In this document: one piece after another, positions 11,100 through 24,600 of the stretch | Layout of the letters: every line of letters starts with the position of its first letter | Numbering within the stretch: position 1 is the stretch's first letter | NCBI GenBank assembly: GCA_950097015.1 | Contig: CATNEN010000001.1 | Span: 18,910,001-18,974,000 of the forward strand | Source of the DNA: Macrostomum hystrix | Lineage: Eukaryota; Animalia; Platyhelminthes | Reading direction: 5' to 3' | DNA length: 64,000 bases | Made by a program: the position numbers and the translations under genes | Notes under the pieces: generated by a model | What the model was told of the DNA's origin: nothing | Seen by the model: the letters and a program-made list of their open reading frames with translations, nothing else | Database searches by the model: none

Positions 11100-14000
11100 A
11101 TCGCCAAATCTGGAGTCTGCAACATCGACCAGAAATGGCGGAAGCGGCGGCGGTAGCGGTGGCCGCGGTGGCGACGGCGGTCACAGTCTAGCTGACAGAA
11201 TCCTCGCCAAGCGCAAGTCGCAGGCAGCCGATGAGGCAGCTCTGGCCGCAGCTATCGCAGCGGAAGAGTCTCGCCAGGAAGCTGACGAAGCCGAATACGC
11301 GGACGACTTTGAAGACATTCAACTGACGGAGGAGGAGCCGAAGGAGGCCAACACAGCTCAGAAGCGACAGGGACGGCAGAAGCGTCGGGACGACGGGCCA
11401 TCTCTGCTGCTGCCGCCGCTTACCAAGAACGGTGGCATGTCACCTCGACAGGCTGCCATGGAAACACACAGGTAGGGATGGGATCCAAGTATGTCGAGGG
11501 ATTGAATCGCACCTTTAAGTAGGAAGCTTTGCTTTGTGTTTTGAAGAAGCCATCGTGTCTTTGCGTTAGACATAGTGTCTGAGGTGGACATCCTGTCCCT
11601 GAGGTGGACATCCTGTCCCTGAGGTGGACATCCTGTCTTCGAGGTGGACTTTGAATTAGAGAGTTTTCTGTGTTGAAGGTAGTTAAGACTGAGACAGGAT
11701 GACAACGTGAATTTTACTGCGAAATTTCCGGTTTCCAAGCAACCCATCAAGTGTCGCCCATTCCTGTGTTTTAGCCCCCAACTTTTAATATTCATATTCA
11801 AATCTTTTTATAGTTCGCAAACGGCAACTTTCAGGAACCAAATACCAACAATGCCCATAAACAAAAGCTTTTAATTTTTACGGAAAAGCTTCCCATGAAA
11901 TGAAAAATTCCCATTTTATTTAAACATTTTCAACCATGAAAACATTTCACGCTTCGACTACCGCGTGCGAAGCTTTGTTGAAAAGAATACAGCTCAACCG
12001 TGAGCACAGCTAGTAGTCATTCAAAGCGAGAGTTTTTTAGAGGGCTTTGCACGGATCGCGGCATCAAAAACCCACAGGCCAGATAGTCATAGGAAAATTG
12101 TATAGACAAGCCACGTCAAAATTTCATGGGAAAGGATCAGATGATAGAATGAGGATTTTTTAGTCTATTTGCCTAATGCCAAGTCACATGCGCCGGTTGC
12201 TACGGGTTACCGCATACAGATGGCAACGCGTACGAGTATGTCCATGCGTGTCATACACAGTGGTGAAGAGCTTCTTCATGCTAATCAGATGAAAGCAAAC
12301 AATAATATTCTCTGCATTTGCATCTATGCAAAATTGGCGCTATCATGGTCTAATTGCACAGTTTAAGTGACTATATGATCGTGCGAATATGGTTTTTATT
12401 AAAAAATAAAGTCTTTTCATACGAAAAACAGAGCGCTCTGTACCTGTTTTTGCACCTTTTGCACTCAGATCGCACAGGAGCAGGTCCAACCAGTCGCCGC
12501 ACACAAGTCAGCAGGGCCAGTTGAGACCGCATCAGCAGAGCCAGGATTATCAGTCGGATTTCGCGTTTCGTTCTCGACAGAAGCGCGACGAGATTCGAGC
12601 TGCCTATTCAGACGACGAGACCAGGCGATCCTTAGAGAAACAATGGGCTGAGGAAGACGCTAGGCTAGCCAGAAGAAGAGCCATTCGACTTAATCAGGTT
12701 TGCACATACTGGTAGCTTATGCACTTGTGTAGGAAGCGTTGATAACTGACAATGCGACGTTGAATAGGCCCTAGAAGGTCGTAACCAATATCCAATCATA
12801 GCCAATAATTATATTAATGACTGCAGGAAGGCCTCATGCAATGAAATACCATTTCGTGACCCTTGACAGACAGCTAGTGAGGAGGCAATTCTGCTCATTT
12901 AGCTGTAAACAGGCACACGCTTACACAGGGGTGTACATCTGCCCTGTTTTTTTCATCGTCAGGAAGTGTTACAATCTCACCATCTATCCCCGACTGCACC
13001 CAAAATAAATGTGGCCTCGTCGCAGAATCGAGATCAGGGACCTTGGTGCGGGGAGACAAACACGTTAACCGCTACGCCACTCACCCCCTCCTACGCCACT
13101 CACCGTAGTGCTTCAGAACCTGGTGTACTTTTAAAATTCACAAACTAGCCACTTTTTTTACATTTTCATGTTAGGTGCTTTGCGTATTTTTATCTTATGA
13201 AATCGTTTAATTTGTAATTTATTTAATGTTCTAAACGGTATATAAAATCATCAACATCAAGAGTACCCAACTTACTGCAGATAGTGCTAATAGTAGTATT
13301 ATACGGATTCTGATCTATTTTAGTTTCAATTATGACCTTCAAGCATCCCTTGACGAAAAATTCGATCCGCTGGGCTGTTGACTCTAGGCTCGTGCTGCCG
13401 AAGTCAGCGAGGACAGCAAGCGTCGATTTGAAGAGGCCGAAGCCGCCTATAAACCGGCCGGTGGCGGCTCTGGCGAAGACTCATTCCGTCGAGAGCGCGA
13501 GCTGAAGATGGAGCGCTGCCTTCGACGACTGGAAGCCGAGCTGGAGTTCGCCAGGCGGGCCGAGGCCGACCGCCAGGCGGCTGAAGCCGAGCGCCGGCGT
13601 CGGAGAGACGCTGATCTCGCTGATATTCAGCGGAGACATGCGGCCAATTTGCGGCGTATCGAGATGCTCAAGCGACCGCCTAGACTGCTGAGGAAGCCGA
13701 GGAAGCAGCAGCGAGGAGGTTCTACTTTGGCCTCAGAATCTGATGGTGAGGAAGAAGGATATCTGAAGCTCGTATCCGCTGATTCTAATGCCTAATTTTC
13801 TTGAACATTTCTTTCAGGAACTTCAACAAGTACTTCGGACAGCGGACCGTCACAGCCGCAATTGTTGCAGACAAAGAAGACCAATCAGCAGCAGAAGCAG
13901 CCACAGTCACAGTCACAACAAGAACAACAGCAACAGCGGCAACAAAAGCATCAGAAGCAGCAGCAGCAGCAGCAGCAGCAGCAGTTTCAGCCAAAAGTCA

Positions 14001-16438
14001 GTCAGGACGAGCAGAAAGCGACTCCCAGCTCGACAGAATCAAATCCAATCTCCAAGCCGAATAAGCAGGCCAAGCAACCGAAGCCACAGGAGCAAATGCG
14101 GCAGCCCAGAGTCTATGGTCAGGTCGAGAGTAACGACGTTGAACTTAAAGAGGACAAGCAAAATGACTCGGAATCACCGAAGCCTGCAGATTCGCTGGAA
14201 AGAGACGGAATAGCGCATGAGAAAGGCAGTGAAAATATGGCTCATAGTGGTCCTCAAGCTTCGGCGCAGCAATCAGGCGAAGAGCCTCAACCGGTGAGAA
14301 ATTCTGAAGAAGACACAAAGAGTCATCACAGTGCTAACGAGTCGAGAAATAACGGCACTCAAGAGGCCCAGAGTGAAGATAAGACTGAGAAAGCTGCAGT
14401 TTTAGTGCAGACTGCCAGTCCTGAGAAGAAGAGCACCAATCTTGAGCAGACTACTAGTTATGAGATGATCGAAAGTCCTGAGACGACAACCACTCCAGAA
14501 AAGACCAACAGTCTTGAGAAGAACGCAAGTCCTGAGAAGACCACCATTCATAAGAAGACTGCCAGTCCTGAAAAGTCCGCCAGTCCTGAGAAGACTGCCA
14601 GTCCTACGAAGACCCCCAGTCCTACGAAGACCGCCAGTCCAGAAAAGTCCGCCAGTCCTGAAAAGATTGCCAGTCCTGAAAAGACTGCCAGTCTTGAGAA
14701 GCCTGTTAGTTATGAGAAGATCGCCAGTCCTGAGAAGACTCCCAGTCCTGAAAAGACCTCCAGTCCTGAGAAGACTGCCAGTCCTGTGAAGACCGCCAGT
14801 CCTGAGAGGTCCGCCAGTCCTGAAAAGACTGCCAGTCCTGAGAACACCGCCAGTCCTACGAAGACTGCCAGTCATGAGAGGACTGCCAGTCCTGAGAAGA
14901 CCACCAGTCCTACGAAGACCGCCAGTCCTGAGAGGTCCGCCAGTCCTGAAAAGACTGCCAGTCCTGAGAACACCGCCAGTCCTATGAAGACTGCCAGTCA
15001 TGAGAAGAATCCCAGTCCTGAGAAGACTGCCAGTCCTGTGAAGACCACCAGTCCTACGAAGACCGCCAGTCCTACGAAGACCGCCAGTCCTGAGAAGTCC
15101 GCCAGTCCTGAAAAGATTGCCAGTCCTGAAAAGACTGCCAGTCCTGAGAAGACTGTTAGCTATGAGAAGATCGCCAGTCCTGAGAAGACTGCCAGTCATG
15201 AGAAGACTGCTAGTCCTGAGAAGACTGCCAGTCCTGAGAAGTCCGCCAGTCCTGAAAAGACTGCCAGTCCTGAGAAGACTGCCAGTCCTGAGAAGACTGC
15301 CAGTCCTGAGAAGACTGCCAGTCCTGAGAAGACTGCCAGTCCTGAGAAGACTGTTAGTTATGAGAAGACTGCCAGTCCTGAGAAGACTGCCAGTCCTACG
15401 AAGACTGCCAGTCATGAGAAGACTGCCAGTCATGAGAAGACTGCCAGTCATGAGAAGACTGTTAGTTATGAGAAGACTGCCAGTCCTGAGAAGACTGCCA
15501 GTCATGAGAAGACTGCTAGTCCTGAGAAGACTGCCAGTCCTGAGAAGTCCGCCAGTCCTGAAAAGACTGCCAGTTCTGAGAAGACTGTTAGTTATGAGAA
15601 GACTGCCAGTCCTGAGAAGACTGCCAGTCCTGAGAAGACTGCCAGTCCTGAGAAGACTGCCAGTCCTGAGAAGACTGCCAGTCCTGAGAAGACTGCCAGT
15701 CCTGAGAAGACTGCCAGTCCTGAGAAGACTGTTAGTTATGAGAAGACTGCCAGTCCTGAGAAGACTGCCAGTCCTACGAAGACTGCCAGTCCTACGAAGA
15801 CTGCCAGTCATGAGAAGACTGCCAGTCATGAGAAGACTGCCAGTCATGAGAAGACTGCCAGTCATGAGAAGACTGTTAGTTATAAGAGGACTGCCAGTGC
15901 TGAAAAGACCACCAGTCCTGAGAAGACTGCCAGTCCTGAGAAGACCGCCAGTCCTGAAAAGACCTCCAGTCCTGAAAAGACCTCCAGTCCTGAAAAGACC
16001 TCCAGTCCTGAGAACACCGCCAGTCCTGAGAACACCGCCAGTCCTGAGAACACCGCCAGTCCTGAGAACACCGCCAGTCCAAAGACAGCCCTAGTCACAG
16101 AGACGGACGCTGCTGATGCTCTAAAAACAAGTGAAAAAGAGAATCCCGACTCCAGAGATAGAACAGACAGTCCTATCAAAGTAAGTCCTGATACGGAGAC
16201 GGACTACCCCCCGAAGTCGGCAGCTGACCAACAGGTGTCAGAGGAGCGCACTGTCAAGCCGGACAACCATGAACTATCAGGCGACTCTGAGATGAAAGAT
16301 ACAGGCGAGACTGCAGTCCATCCACAGCAAGACGATCCCGGTCTTCAAAGCTACCACCAGAATCCACAGACAGCAATGAATGTGGAATCCGCAACCAAGT
16401 ACTCAGATGTAACCGCTGAACAGGAACTAAAGTCGTAA
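11100..16438 (+). CDS. Uncharacterised low-complexity/coiled-coil protein with ~90 TASPEK hexapeptide repeats (neurofilament-tail-like); ~1190 aa, 5' end unresolved
   Basis: Exons 11100-11471, 12469-12697, 13388-13745, 13818-16438 join in frame with GT-AG (phases 2, 0, 1). Gly-rich then Glu/Arg-rich helical segments, polyQ, then the 18-bp coding repeat. The ATG at 10947 could not be joined in phase. Confidence 0.75.
11574..11650. repeat. Short 20-bp tandem (GAGGTGGACATCCTGTCCCT, ~3.5 copies), intronic
   Basis: Direct reading; reverse-complement relative of the 32395-34860 array. Confidence 0.85.
12800..13088 (-). mobile_element. Probable tRNA-derived SINE (family B), intronic
   Basis: Minus strand reads GGGGTGAGTGGCGTAGCGGTTAACGTG...GGTCCCTGATCTCGATTCTGCG (A-box and degenerate B-box), then a non-tRNA body and AT-rich tail. 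Single copy here. Confidence 0.5.
14408..16085 (+). repeat. Coding 18-bp minisatellite (GAGAAGACTGCCAGTCCT) encoding EKTASP
   Basis: Direct reading; in frame within the 13818-16438 exon. Confidence 0.97.
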
Positions 16439-16589
16439 GAACTGTTCAGAAAGCTTTTAACTGTATGCTCTCTTGACGCTTGACGCTTTCAATGAGAAAA
16501 ATAATTAATTGATAAAGCTTAAAAACCTAAATAAGCATTCGGCTAGCCTTTAGGGTCAGTAAAACAAACTTCTAAGCTGAATAAACTTT

Positions 16590-16650
16590 AAGGTGGGTGT
16601 GGCGTCCCCCCATCTGTGGCTGCACATCTGGCCCCGTTGAGAATAATGAG
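16590..16650 (+). mobile_element. 3' fragment of SINE family A
   Basis: GTGGGTGTGGCGTCCCCCATC...ATCTGGCCC matches the 2384-2463 part of the first copy. Confidence 0.55.
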
Positions 16651-17169
16651 TAATAATTAGGGTGAAAAAAAATTAATATTATTATCATCAGTAGTAAGTT
16701 TACGTGTATTATATGTTATGTATAATTTTATTGGTACTCGTGATGAAGTTTCTCTTCTGATTTTTACTATTTTTCTGGTTTTTCAACTATGCATGTAACG
16801 TGTTCACCTTTATTGACTGCATGCTTCTCACGCATTGGTAAAACAGATGCACACACTAAAAATACAAATATTTCAATTGTCAGATATGTTTTCTTTACTG
16901 AAAACGATAAGAACTTTCTTACTCAATGATAGGCCTTTGAAAGGTGCACACTTTGTACTCTCGTGCGTGTGATTCAATGCAATGCAATGGAAACACAATG
17001 CACGGGATTCGAGTGCTGGAGCAGGAGAGGGGCACTTAAGACACTTCGGCGTCTGGGGGAGTCAAAATAGTTTCAGGGACTGTCTCTCGTCGTGCGCTTT
17101 GCAATGCTTGGGAAGGGGTGGGAGCTAGGACATCTGAGACGTGGCAGAGAGAGAGAGAGAGTTGTGGGC

Positions 17170-17365
17170 GATGCTGACCAATCACGCGCCGAACCAGTCA
17201 CGTAAAACCGGTTTGCGTCAGCTGCACGTGATTGGGGGCGGTCTGGGGTGGGTGGGGCATGGCACATATTGCGGCAGAAGCATCAGCATGAGTGAGAAGA
17301 GAAGCATCAGCCAATCAGTGAACTCCGGATTAGCGAGGACAAGCCGGGCCGGATTGGGGAGGGTA
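17170..17365. promoter_or_regulatory. GC-rich promoter-like cluster (several CCAAT/ATTGG boxes, CACGTG E-box, GGGGCGG GC-box)
   Basis: CCAATCA ~17178, CAGCTGCACGTGATTGGGGGCGG ~17219-17241, CCAATCAG ~17311, GATTGG ~17352; ~1 kb upstream of the 18326 gene. Confidence 0.4.
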
Positions 17366-18325
17366 GGTCGGATTTTCGGGAGGGCACATTGCAGTTTAGT
17401 GTCACCATCGCAATTTAATTTAGCATTATCCCTCATGGTCCTAAGTGGCACAAAATCCCCAATCCATATCCTGAACCTAAGACGAGCTCAGATATGAACC
17501 TTTGGTGCATGAGTTGGAATGTTCCTTGAAATTATTTAATAATTAATGAGTGCTCGGCAAGAGGCAGTTTGCTAAAAACTACCCATTTTCGATAGGATTC
17601 ATGGCACATTTTTATTCATTTGATTGACGCTGACAAGTGGCACTCTTCCTCAGAGTGGGGTTAAGAGTCTTCAAGCCCCAGCAGACATTTTATTAGATTA
17701 GAATGTAGAAAGACTTGTTACCTGCGCGCAGTGCTTACAGACAATCAGGCCAGTATTATAGTCTATAAATCCAATTTAAAGCATCGGCAAAACAATTAAA
17801 TATAACCTGAGTTGAGCTTATTTAGCTGGTCAAGTTACATTGAATCGAAACATCGGCTAGCAAATTTTTTAGAGAAGGCTGCATAGAGAGCACTGCTCAA
17901 ACAGAAAGCCTTGAAAACTTTTTCGCTCTCGAGTTGGCAACGGAAAGCGAGATAGACTGGAATATTGCGGTAAAATAAGCGGCGCCAATTCTCTTGTGTC
18001 TTCTGTCCCACCCACTCTGAGCAGCTTTGAGCTCAGGCGGGTACTGCAGAAGCGGCCAAACACTGCATTAGAATAAGTATCTCGCCGTCTACCCAACCTT
18101 TCCCTCTCTTGTCTTCCGAACCCATTGTCGGTTAGCACAACTGCTTAGAGATAGACACCCAAGAGTACAGACACACCGAAGAAGCGCTTGGAAATGCAAC
18201 GCATATAGACGCCCAACTATTCAATCCAGACTCACAAACTTGAGGGACCCCTGCTTCCAGTCTGGAGCTCCCTTCAAGCAACGAAGGTAAACAACCAGAG
18301 CAAAGGTGCAAAGCAGACCCAAAAT

Positions 18326-19996
18326 ATGAGCAGTCCTCGCTACACTGAGGATGACCAGGAGTGGATGGACCCGAATCTATCGGAGCCGAAGCTGCAGGAT
18401 GAGCTGGATCATCGACTGGGACTCAACCGACGAAATCGGCAACGTCCGCGGGCGGCCTACGGGCTGAAGTCGGCGCCGGAGCAGCCTCAGAGGCGCCAGA
18501 CGGAGATAACGCAGATCCGCTACTATAAGTACGTGCCATACCGCGGCATGAGCGAGCCGGAGAAGCAGAAATACTTGAGCTTGGGCCCTGCGCGACTCAC
18601 ATCTAGCAGAACTGCTCCACCGCAGACAAAAGCGACACCAGCTGCCTCCTTCTGGCCCTCTGCCAGCCGAGCAAAGTCGCTCAAAGTCTATGACTACCAC
18701 CTGGCCGAGTTGTCGATGACGTATCGCAGTCCGCCGTCGCTGCTGGATCAGCCGCGTCGTCAGCTGACTACACCAACAATGTCGCCAAGGCCTCAGTATC
18801 AGAATCAAGAGCAGGCGCCGCCATTAACTACTCAACGTAGGCCACTGTTCTTCCAGCTGCACAGCAGCCGGGGAGTCCCAGCCAGCGCCCCGTCGGCGAC
18901 GCAGCAGGAGCTGCAGCAGGCCAGTATTAGACACGTCGCGGAAAACGGCACACAGGTGTCCCGCGGTAACACACCGTTTATTGACAGCGCTCTCAGTGAC
19001 TATCCAACTGAGCCACGCGATGTGGTCAGCAAGTCCGACTCGAACCGGCTACTGAACGTTGTGTCCGTGGACGAGTGTCACGTAAGACATCGACGCCGCA
19101 GGAGGCGCATGCGGCGAGTCCAAGAGAATCTTCCACCCCCGGCAGGCGAGGAAGTCGCGGATGTTGATGCAGAAGCATGGGAGCAGCAGGCTGGGGAAGA
19201 GGATGAGGAGGAAGAGTTCGACGAAGAAGAAGAGGAAGGAGATGCGGGAGACAATGCTGCTGTGGAAAGTTTCCAAGACGGAGTAGAGAACCAGGCAGCG
19301 AAGGAGCATTTAGTGACGCAGGCGGATAACTCGAGACGAGGTAAGTGGATTCATGCTTTGATCTCTGCAGGATATTTTTCCTTACTTTAGCTGTATAACA
19401 ATGAGCGACAGTGTGACTCAAACCAGACCAAGCAAAACTTCGGGTCTCTTTCAGCGCCAACCGATTCGATCGTCATTCATGCGGAGCAGCCGGAGACCGC
19501 GACAGAGGTGGCAGCACTACCGACGGTCTTGTCGGCCCCAACAACGCGGCCAGCTACCGAGCGCAGCGGCGGCGGGGGTCGCAGAAAGCGACGAACAGAT
19601 AAGGAGATGCGCAAGATCGCTGCCGCTAAATTTCTTCGACGCAATGAGATCCTGCGCGAGAAGATGGCAATCTACTTGGACTGGAAGCTCAACCAGGAGC
19701 GAATGGGACTCATCGAGCTTCGGCTGGGCAATCCAGCGACCAGGTTTGAGCGATTTACAATGGAACTGGTGCAGCAAGAAGCCTTGGTTGCCAATCAGTT
19801 CCGCGATGGCGGCGGTGGCGGTAACGATCGAATCGCAGATGTTGCAGCAACCCGAATGAGTCACGACGAGTCACCGCAGTTCGAAGCGCAGAGTGACTCT
19901 GCCACCAACTTTTTGCGCTTCTCCAGACAGGCGACAATCGGTTCTCAGCGTCAGGAGCTAAGCCTCACAGAGATGTACGACGCATTGAATGCATGA
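18326..19996 (+). CDS. Uncharacterised, largely disordered protein (basic N-half, acidic tract, C-terminal helical region), 2 exons, 518 aa
   Basis: Exons 18326-19340 (G|gtaagt) and 19455-19996 (tttcag|); phase 1 joins the 354-aa and 162-aa ORFs. No family recognised. Confidence 0.75.
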
Positions 19997-21633
19997 GCAG
20001 TTGAATTTTAATCACGAGTACATGTACGATGTAACACTGTTTCAACCTGGCAGAATCCACCCAAAAGAATATCATTAAAAATTTTTTGCTCTGGATTATT
20101 TTTATATTGTTTGTCTACATGTAAATCACGGCGGTACGAACAGAAATTTCCCTTACGCTTTTCCGGATTTTTGTACCACAAATATACGCTCGTATGTAAA
20201 CTGTAGATAAAGGACAAGTATGTTGCCAATGTTGCAACGATACACTCACATGAATTTAATTAGCTTTCTCGTTTCTTACATAATGTTGTTTCTTGCTTGC
20301 ATAAGGACATCCTTCACAGCAAAGGCAGACGTATGAAAACGAAATTATAAGGCAAGCAAACAATCAAAATCCGATATTGAAACGTGAACGTAAACGTGAA
20401 AACGCGAACATGAAAACGTTAAATAAGCTGAATTGACTCGCGTGAATTGAACCCAATCAGCATTTCAATCCCACCCTGCAAAGTGAAACGTGATGTAATA
20501 TGAGCAAAGGCTCATTGGAATTTGAGAAGGTTGAGCGGTGATAATATGTACGTCAGGGATAACTAGAACAACCAATTTTACCATTTTTACTGCGCAGTGG
20601 TCTAATAAATAGTTCACTCAATGATAACTATCGGAACTAGTGGTCCTGATCCTTGAGTTCACTAAATAAGTGGCCCCGACAATTAGTTAAATAGCAGGAT
20701 TGTTTTATGGCAGAACCAAATCCTTGCAATTTAGGTTTAAAGCACATAATTGAAATTTTATAAATATTTTTTAAATGTCCTAAAAAATGACCTCTTGTGA
20801 CGATTAAACACAAAGGACGAAGTCGAAGTCTGAGCAGCGGCAATTGTAAGTTCGGCAATTCAAAGTCAGTAATGTTGGTGACGTAGCGGTAGCACTTTTA
20901 TTCCGTATGCACTGGGACGTCGACAAGCAGGGTGTAATGTAAGGCGTAGGAGCTCGTAATGGTGAGTGTCAGAACCGAATGTAGTGGAGTGTAGTGAGTG
21001 AGAAAAGTCACGGCACGAAACGTAGAAGAGCGAGAATGGCGATAACGGAAGAGCGCAAGAACGAAAGTGAGGAAGAAAGAACCAGTGGAGCGCGAGCGGG
21101 CCGGAAGCCCTTGGTTAAGTAAACTAGGCTGATTGAAAAACAAAGCGATCGATACTTCCGGTCAACCAGAGCTCGCACGCTCATTGGCCGGGGGGAAAAT
21201 ACATTACGATACGCGTAGTAAATAGCTAGAGTGGCGCGATATACGTTTATGGTTACTGACAGTAGCGCACTAATAATTTGACTTACTAATATAAATTAAC
21301 AGAATTGGATAATATTATACGATGAGTTAAAACGGCCCTCGCAAGTACATAATTTGGAAATTAAGCATATAATCAACGCATAGAGTAATATTGTAGGGGC
21401 GCAGGGGTGCCTTCAACAAGTGACAACGTCACACTCTTATCAGTCTAGCAAAGCAAGTGAGTAAAAATTAAACAAAAATTAATTTCTTTGTTATAATCAC
21501 TTACTGGCTTTAAGCAGCATTTTAACGTTATAAACATCTATGATAGATTTCACTCTTTACTTCCACTCTTTGTACACCTAGCTTGATTGTAACGTATATA
21601 TTACTTCCTAGTTAAGTTTAATCATAGCCTAAA

Positions 21634-24600
21634 ATGTCTCTTAACAAGCTGAGCATCGATAGTATTGAGCTAAGCGGAAAACGTGTTCTTATTCGGTAAG
21701 TTCTGCAGCAATTGCAAAAAAATAAAACGATTAAAAAAACTTGCTGCTGTATGTTTCTCATTTCATTTTTTAAGTGTGATGCAATTGAGACTTTAGTAAC
21801 TTGTAAAAGTCTACTGAAATAATGCTTGAATTATTTTCCTAGCTGCCCTGATCAGGCATCTGCTTTGATTGTAAAAAAGATGGAATTTGGAAAGTGTTTA
21901 AATATAATTTCGAAAGAAAAAGCAAATAAAATTTATTTAAATTTTTTAAAATATAAATCTATCTTCTCTTTTTTAGTGTGGACTTCAATGTTCCCATGAA
22001 GGATGGAAAGATCACCAACAACCAAAGGTAATGCCTAAACATCTGTGTTGATAATTGATTGGCAGATTGTCATTATCTGTTTGTCTATTATTTATTGATT
22101 CAAATAAAAAAGCCTTAAAGTGAGGCTAGGTCTAATTGGTGGCAAGTTTTGGGTCATTTTCATTTTTATTTTTGTCTAACCATGTTTTGGTATAGAAATT
22201 GTGAATCATTACAAGGTGCCAAGTATAAAATAGCATATTTAACATTAAAAAGTTTAGTACAAGTAATTACAAAAAGTCTAGGAACTAGCAAAAACACCTA
22301 AGAAAGAAGTGTTATAATTATAAATATGTTATAGATGTTAAGACAAGATATATAGTCTTAGACTTAATATTCACCTAGCTAGTCATAATAAGCTACATAT
22401 GCAGCGTAACATTGCCTGTCTATCCCTGTCTTATTATATCTTAGTAAACTAAATAGCCAGTATTAGAAAGTTCTATATTTTCCAGCTATATAAAATAAAG
22501 CTTTTTAGGTTGTAAAATAGCAATTCAAAAGTTTCACTCTAAAAAGTTAGGGCAGTCTCATTTATTTTTTGTCTAACAATGTTTTGGTATAGTTATTGTG
22601 AATTATTACTACAAAAAGTATGTCTTTGTTCCTAAGTTCATGACTAATTAGATGACGAATCTAATCCCTATTGCTGAGAAGGTCTAGTTACTCCTCCCGT
22701 TTACCATTGATCATTGCCATCTAGAATCGTGGCGGCTTTGCCAACAGTTCGCTATGCTCTGGAGAAGGGTGCCAAGTCTGTGGTGCTCATGTCCCACCTG
22801 GGTCGTCCAGATGGCCGACCCTCGGCCAAGAACTCCTTGGCACCCATCGCCAAGGAGGTCGAAACTCTGCTAGGCCGTCCGGTGACCTTCCTGAAAGACT
22901 GCATTGGCGCCGAGGTGGAGGCGGCCTGCGCCGACCCGGCAGCCGGCAGCGTCATCCTGCTGGAGAACCTCCGCTTCCACCCGGAGGAGGAGGGCAGCGG
23001 CCTGGACGCTGAAGGCAAGAAGGTCAAGGCTGACAAGGCCGCCGTTGAGGCGTATCGGCAGTCGCTGACTCGCCTGGGTGATGTGTACATCAACGACGCC
23101 TTCGGCACGGCGCACCGGGCTCACAGCAGCATGGTGGGAGTGAAGCTGGAGCAGAGGGCATCCGGGTTCCTCATGCGCAAGGAGCTGCAGTACTTTGCCA
23201 AAGCGCTGGAGCATCCTGAGCGGCCTTTCCTGGCAATTCTGGGAGGCGCCAAGGTAAAAACTGCTCCTCGCCATCTTTGGGTGTTAGGGAAGCTTGCGTT
23301 TTTAGAGGTCTGGGAAATTCGGCATCTTGGGGGAGTTTGGGATCTTAGTCATTAGGGGAGTTTAGGATCCTTCTTACGGGAGATTAACTTTAGGGAGTTT
23401 TAGATCTTAATTAAGGGAGTTTAGGATCTTACTTAGGGGAGTTTGGGATCTTACTTAGGGGAGATTTTGATCTTAATTAAGGGAGTTTAGGATCTTTCTT
23501 AGGGGAGTTTTTGATCTTAATTAAGGGAGTTTAGGATCTTACTTAGGGGAGTTTTTGATCTTAATTAAGGGAGTTTAGGATCTTACTTAGGGGAGTTTAG
23601 GATCTTAGGTGAGATTAGGCTTAGGATGCGTAAGATTAGGATCTAAGGGTTTTAAAGGAGTTTGTTATCTTAGGCGACTACAGGGGAGTTTTGCGGTCGT
23701 TGAGGTCAGTGGAGTATAACAATATCTGTTATGGCAAATGAGTTTTATATAGTAAGACTCTAATTTTATAATATTACTTGGCTGAGGATACGAATCAAAA
23801 GTAACTTAAAAGCGTGCTTCGCTCGAATCAGGTGAGCGACAAGATCCTGCTAATCAAGAACCTGCTCAGCAAGGTGAACGAGCTCATCATCACCGGCGGC
23901 ATGGCCTTCACCTTCCTGAAGGTGCTGCACAACATGCCCATCGGCAGCTCGCTCTACGACGAAGCCGGCTCTGCTGTCGTCAAGGACGTCATGGAAGAAG
24001 CCAAGAAGCTCGGAGTGCAGGTGAGACTCAATCAGGTCATTCTATTCCCTGTGAGTCATTCAGGTGATTCTATTCCCTGTGAGTCATTCAGGTGATTCTA
24101 TTCCCTGTGAGTCATTCAGGTGATTCTATTCCCTGTGAGTCATTCAGGTGATTCTATTCCCCGTGAGTCATTCAGGTGATTCTATTCCCTGTGAGTCATT
24201 CAGGTGATTCTATTCCCTGTGAGTCATTCAGGTGATTCTATTCCCCGTGAGTCATTCAGGTCATTCTATTCCCTGTGAGTCATTCAGGTGATTCTATTCC
24301 CCGTGAGTCATTCAGGTGATTCTATTCCCTGTGAGTCATTCAGGTGATTCTATTCCCTGTGAGTCATTCAGGTGATTCTATTCCCTGTGAGTCATTCAGG
24401 TGATTCTATTCCCTGTGAGTCATTCAGGTGATTCTATTCCCTGTGAGTCATTCAGGTCATTCTATTCCCTGTGAGTCATTCAGGTCATTCTATTCCCTGT
24501 GAGTCATTCAGGTGATTCTATTCCCTGTGAGTCATTCAGGTGATTCTATTCCCTGTGAGTCATTCAGGTGATTCTATTCCCTGTGAGTCATTCAGGTGAT

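Noticed and set aside
14402-16094. 487-aa antisense and 325-aa alternative-frame ORFs
   Set aside because: Shadows of the 18-bp coding repeat; only the EKTASP frame connects to flanking exons.
22150-22615. ~65-bp direct repeat in PGK intron 2 (~22150 and ~22550)
   Set aside because: Real but degenerate and AT-rich, with no TSD, TG...CA ends or coding remnant; not supportable as LTRs.
23325-23625. Interstitial telomere (TTAGGG)
   Set aside because: TTAGGG occurs at most once per ~21-bp unit, not as tandem hexamers.
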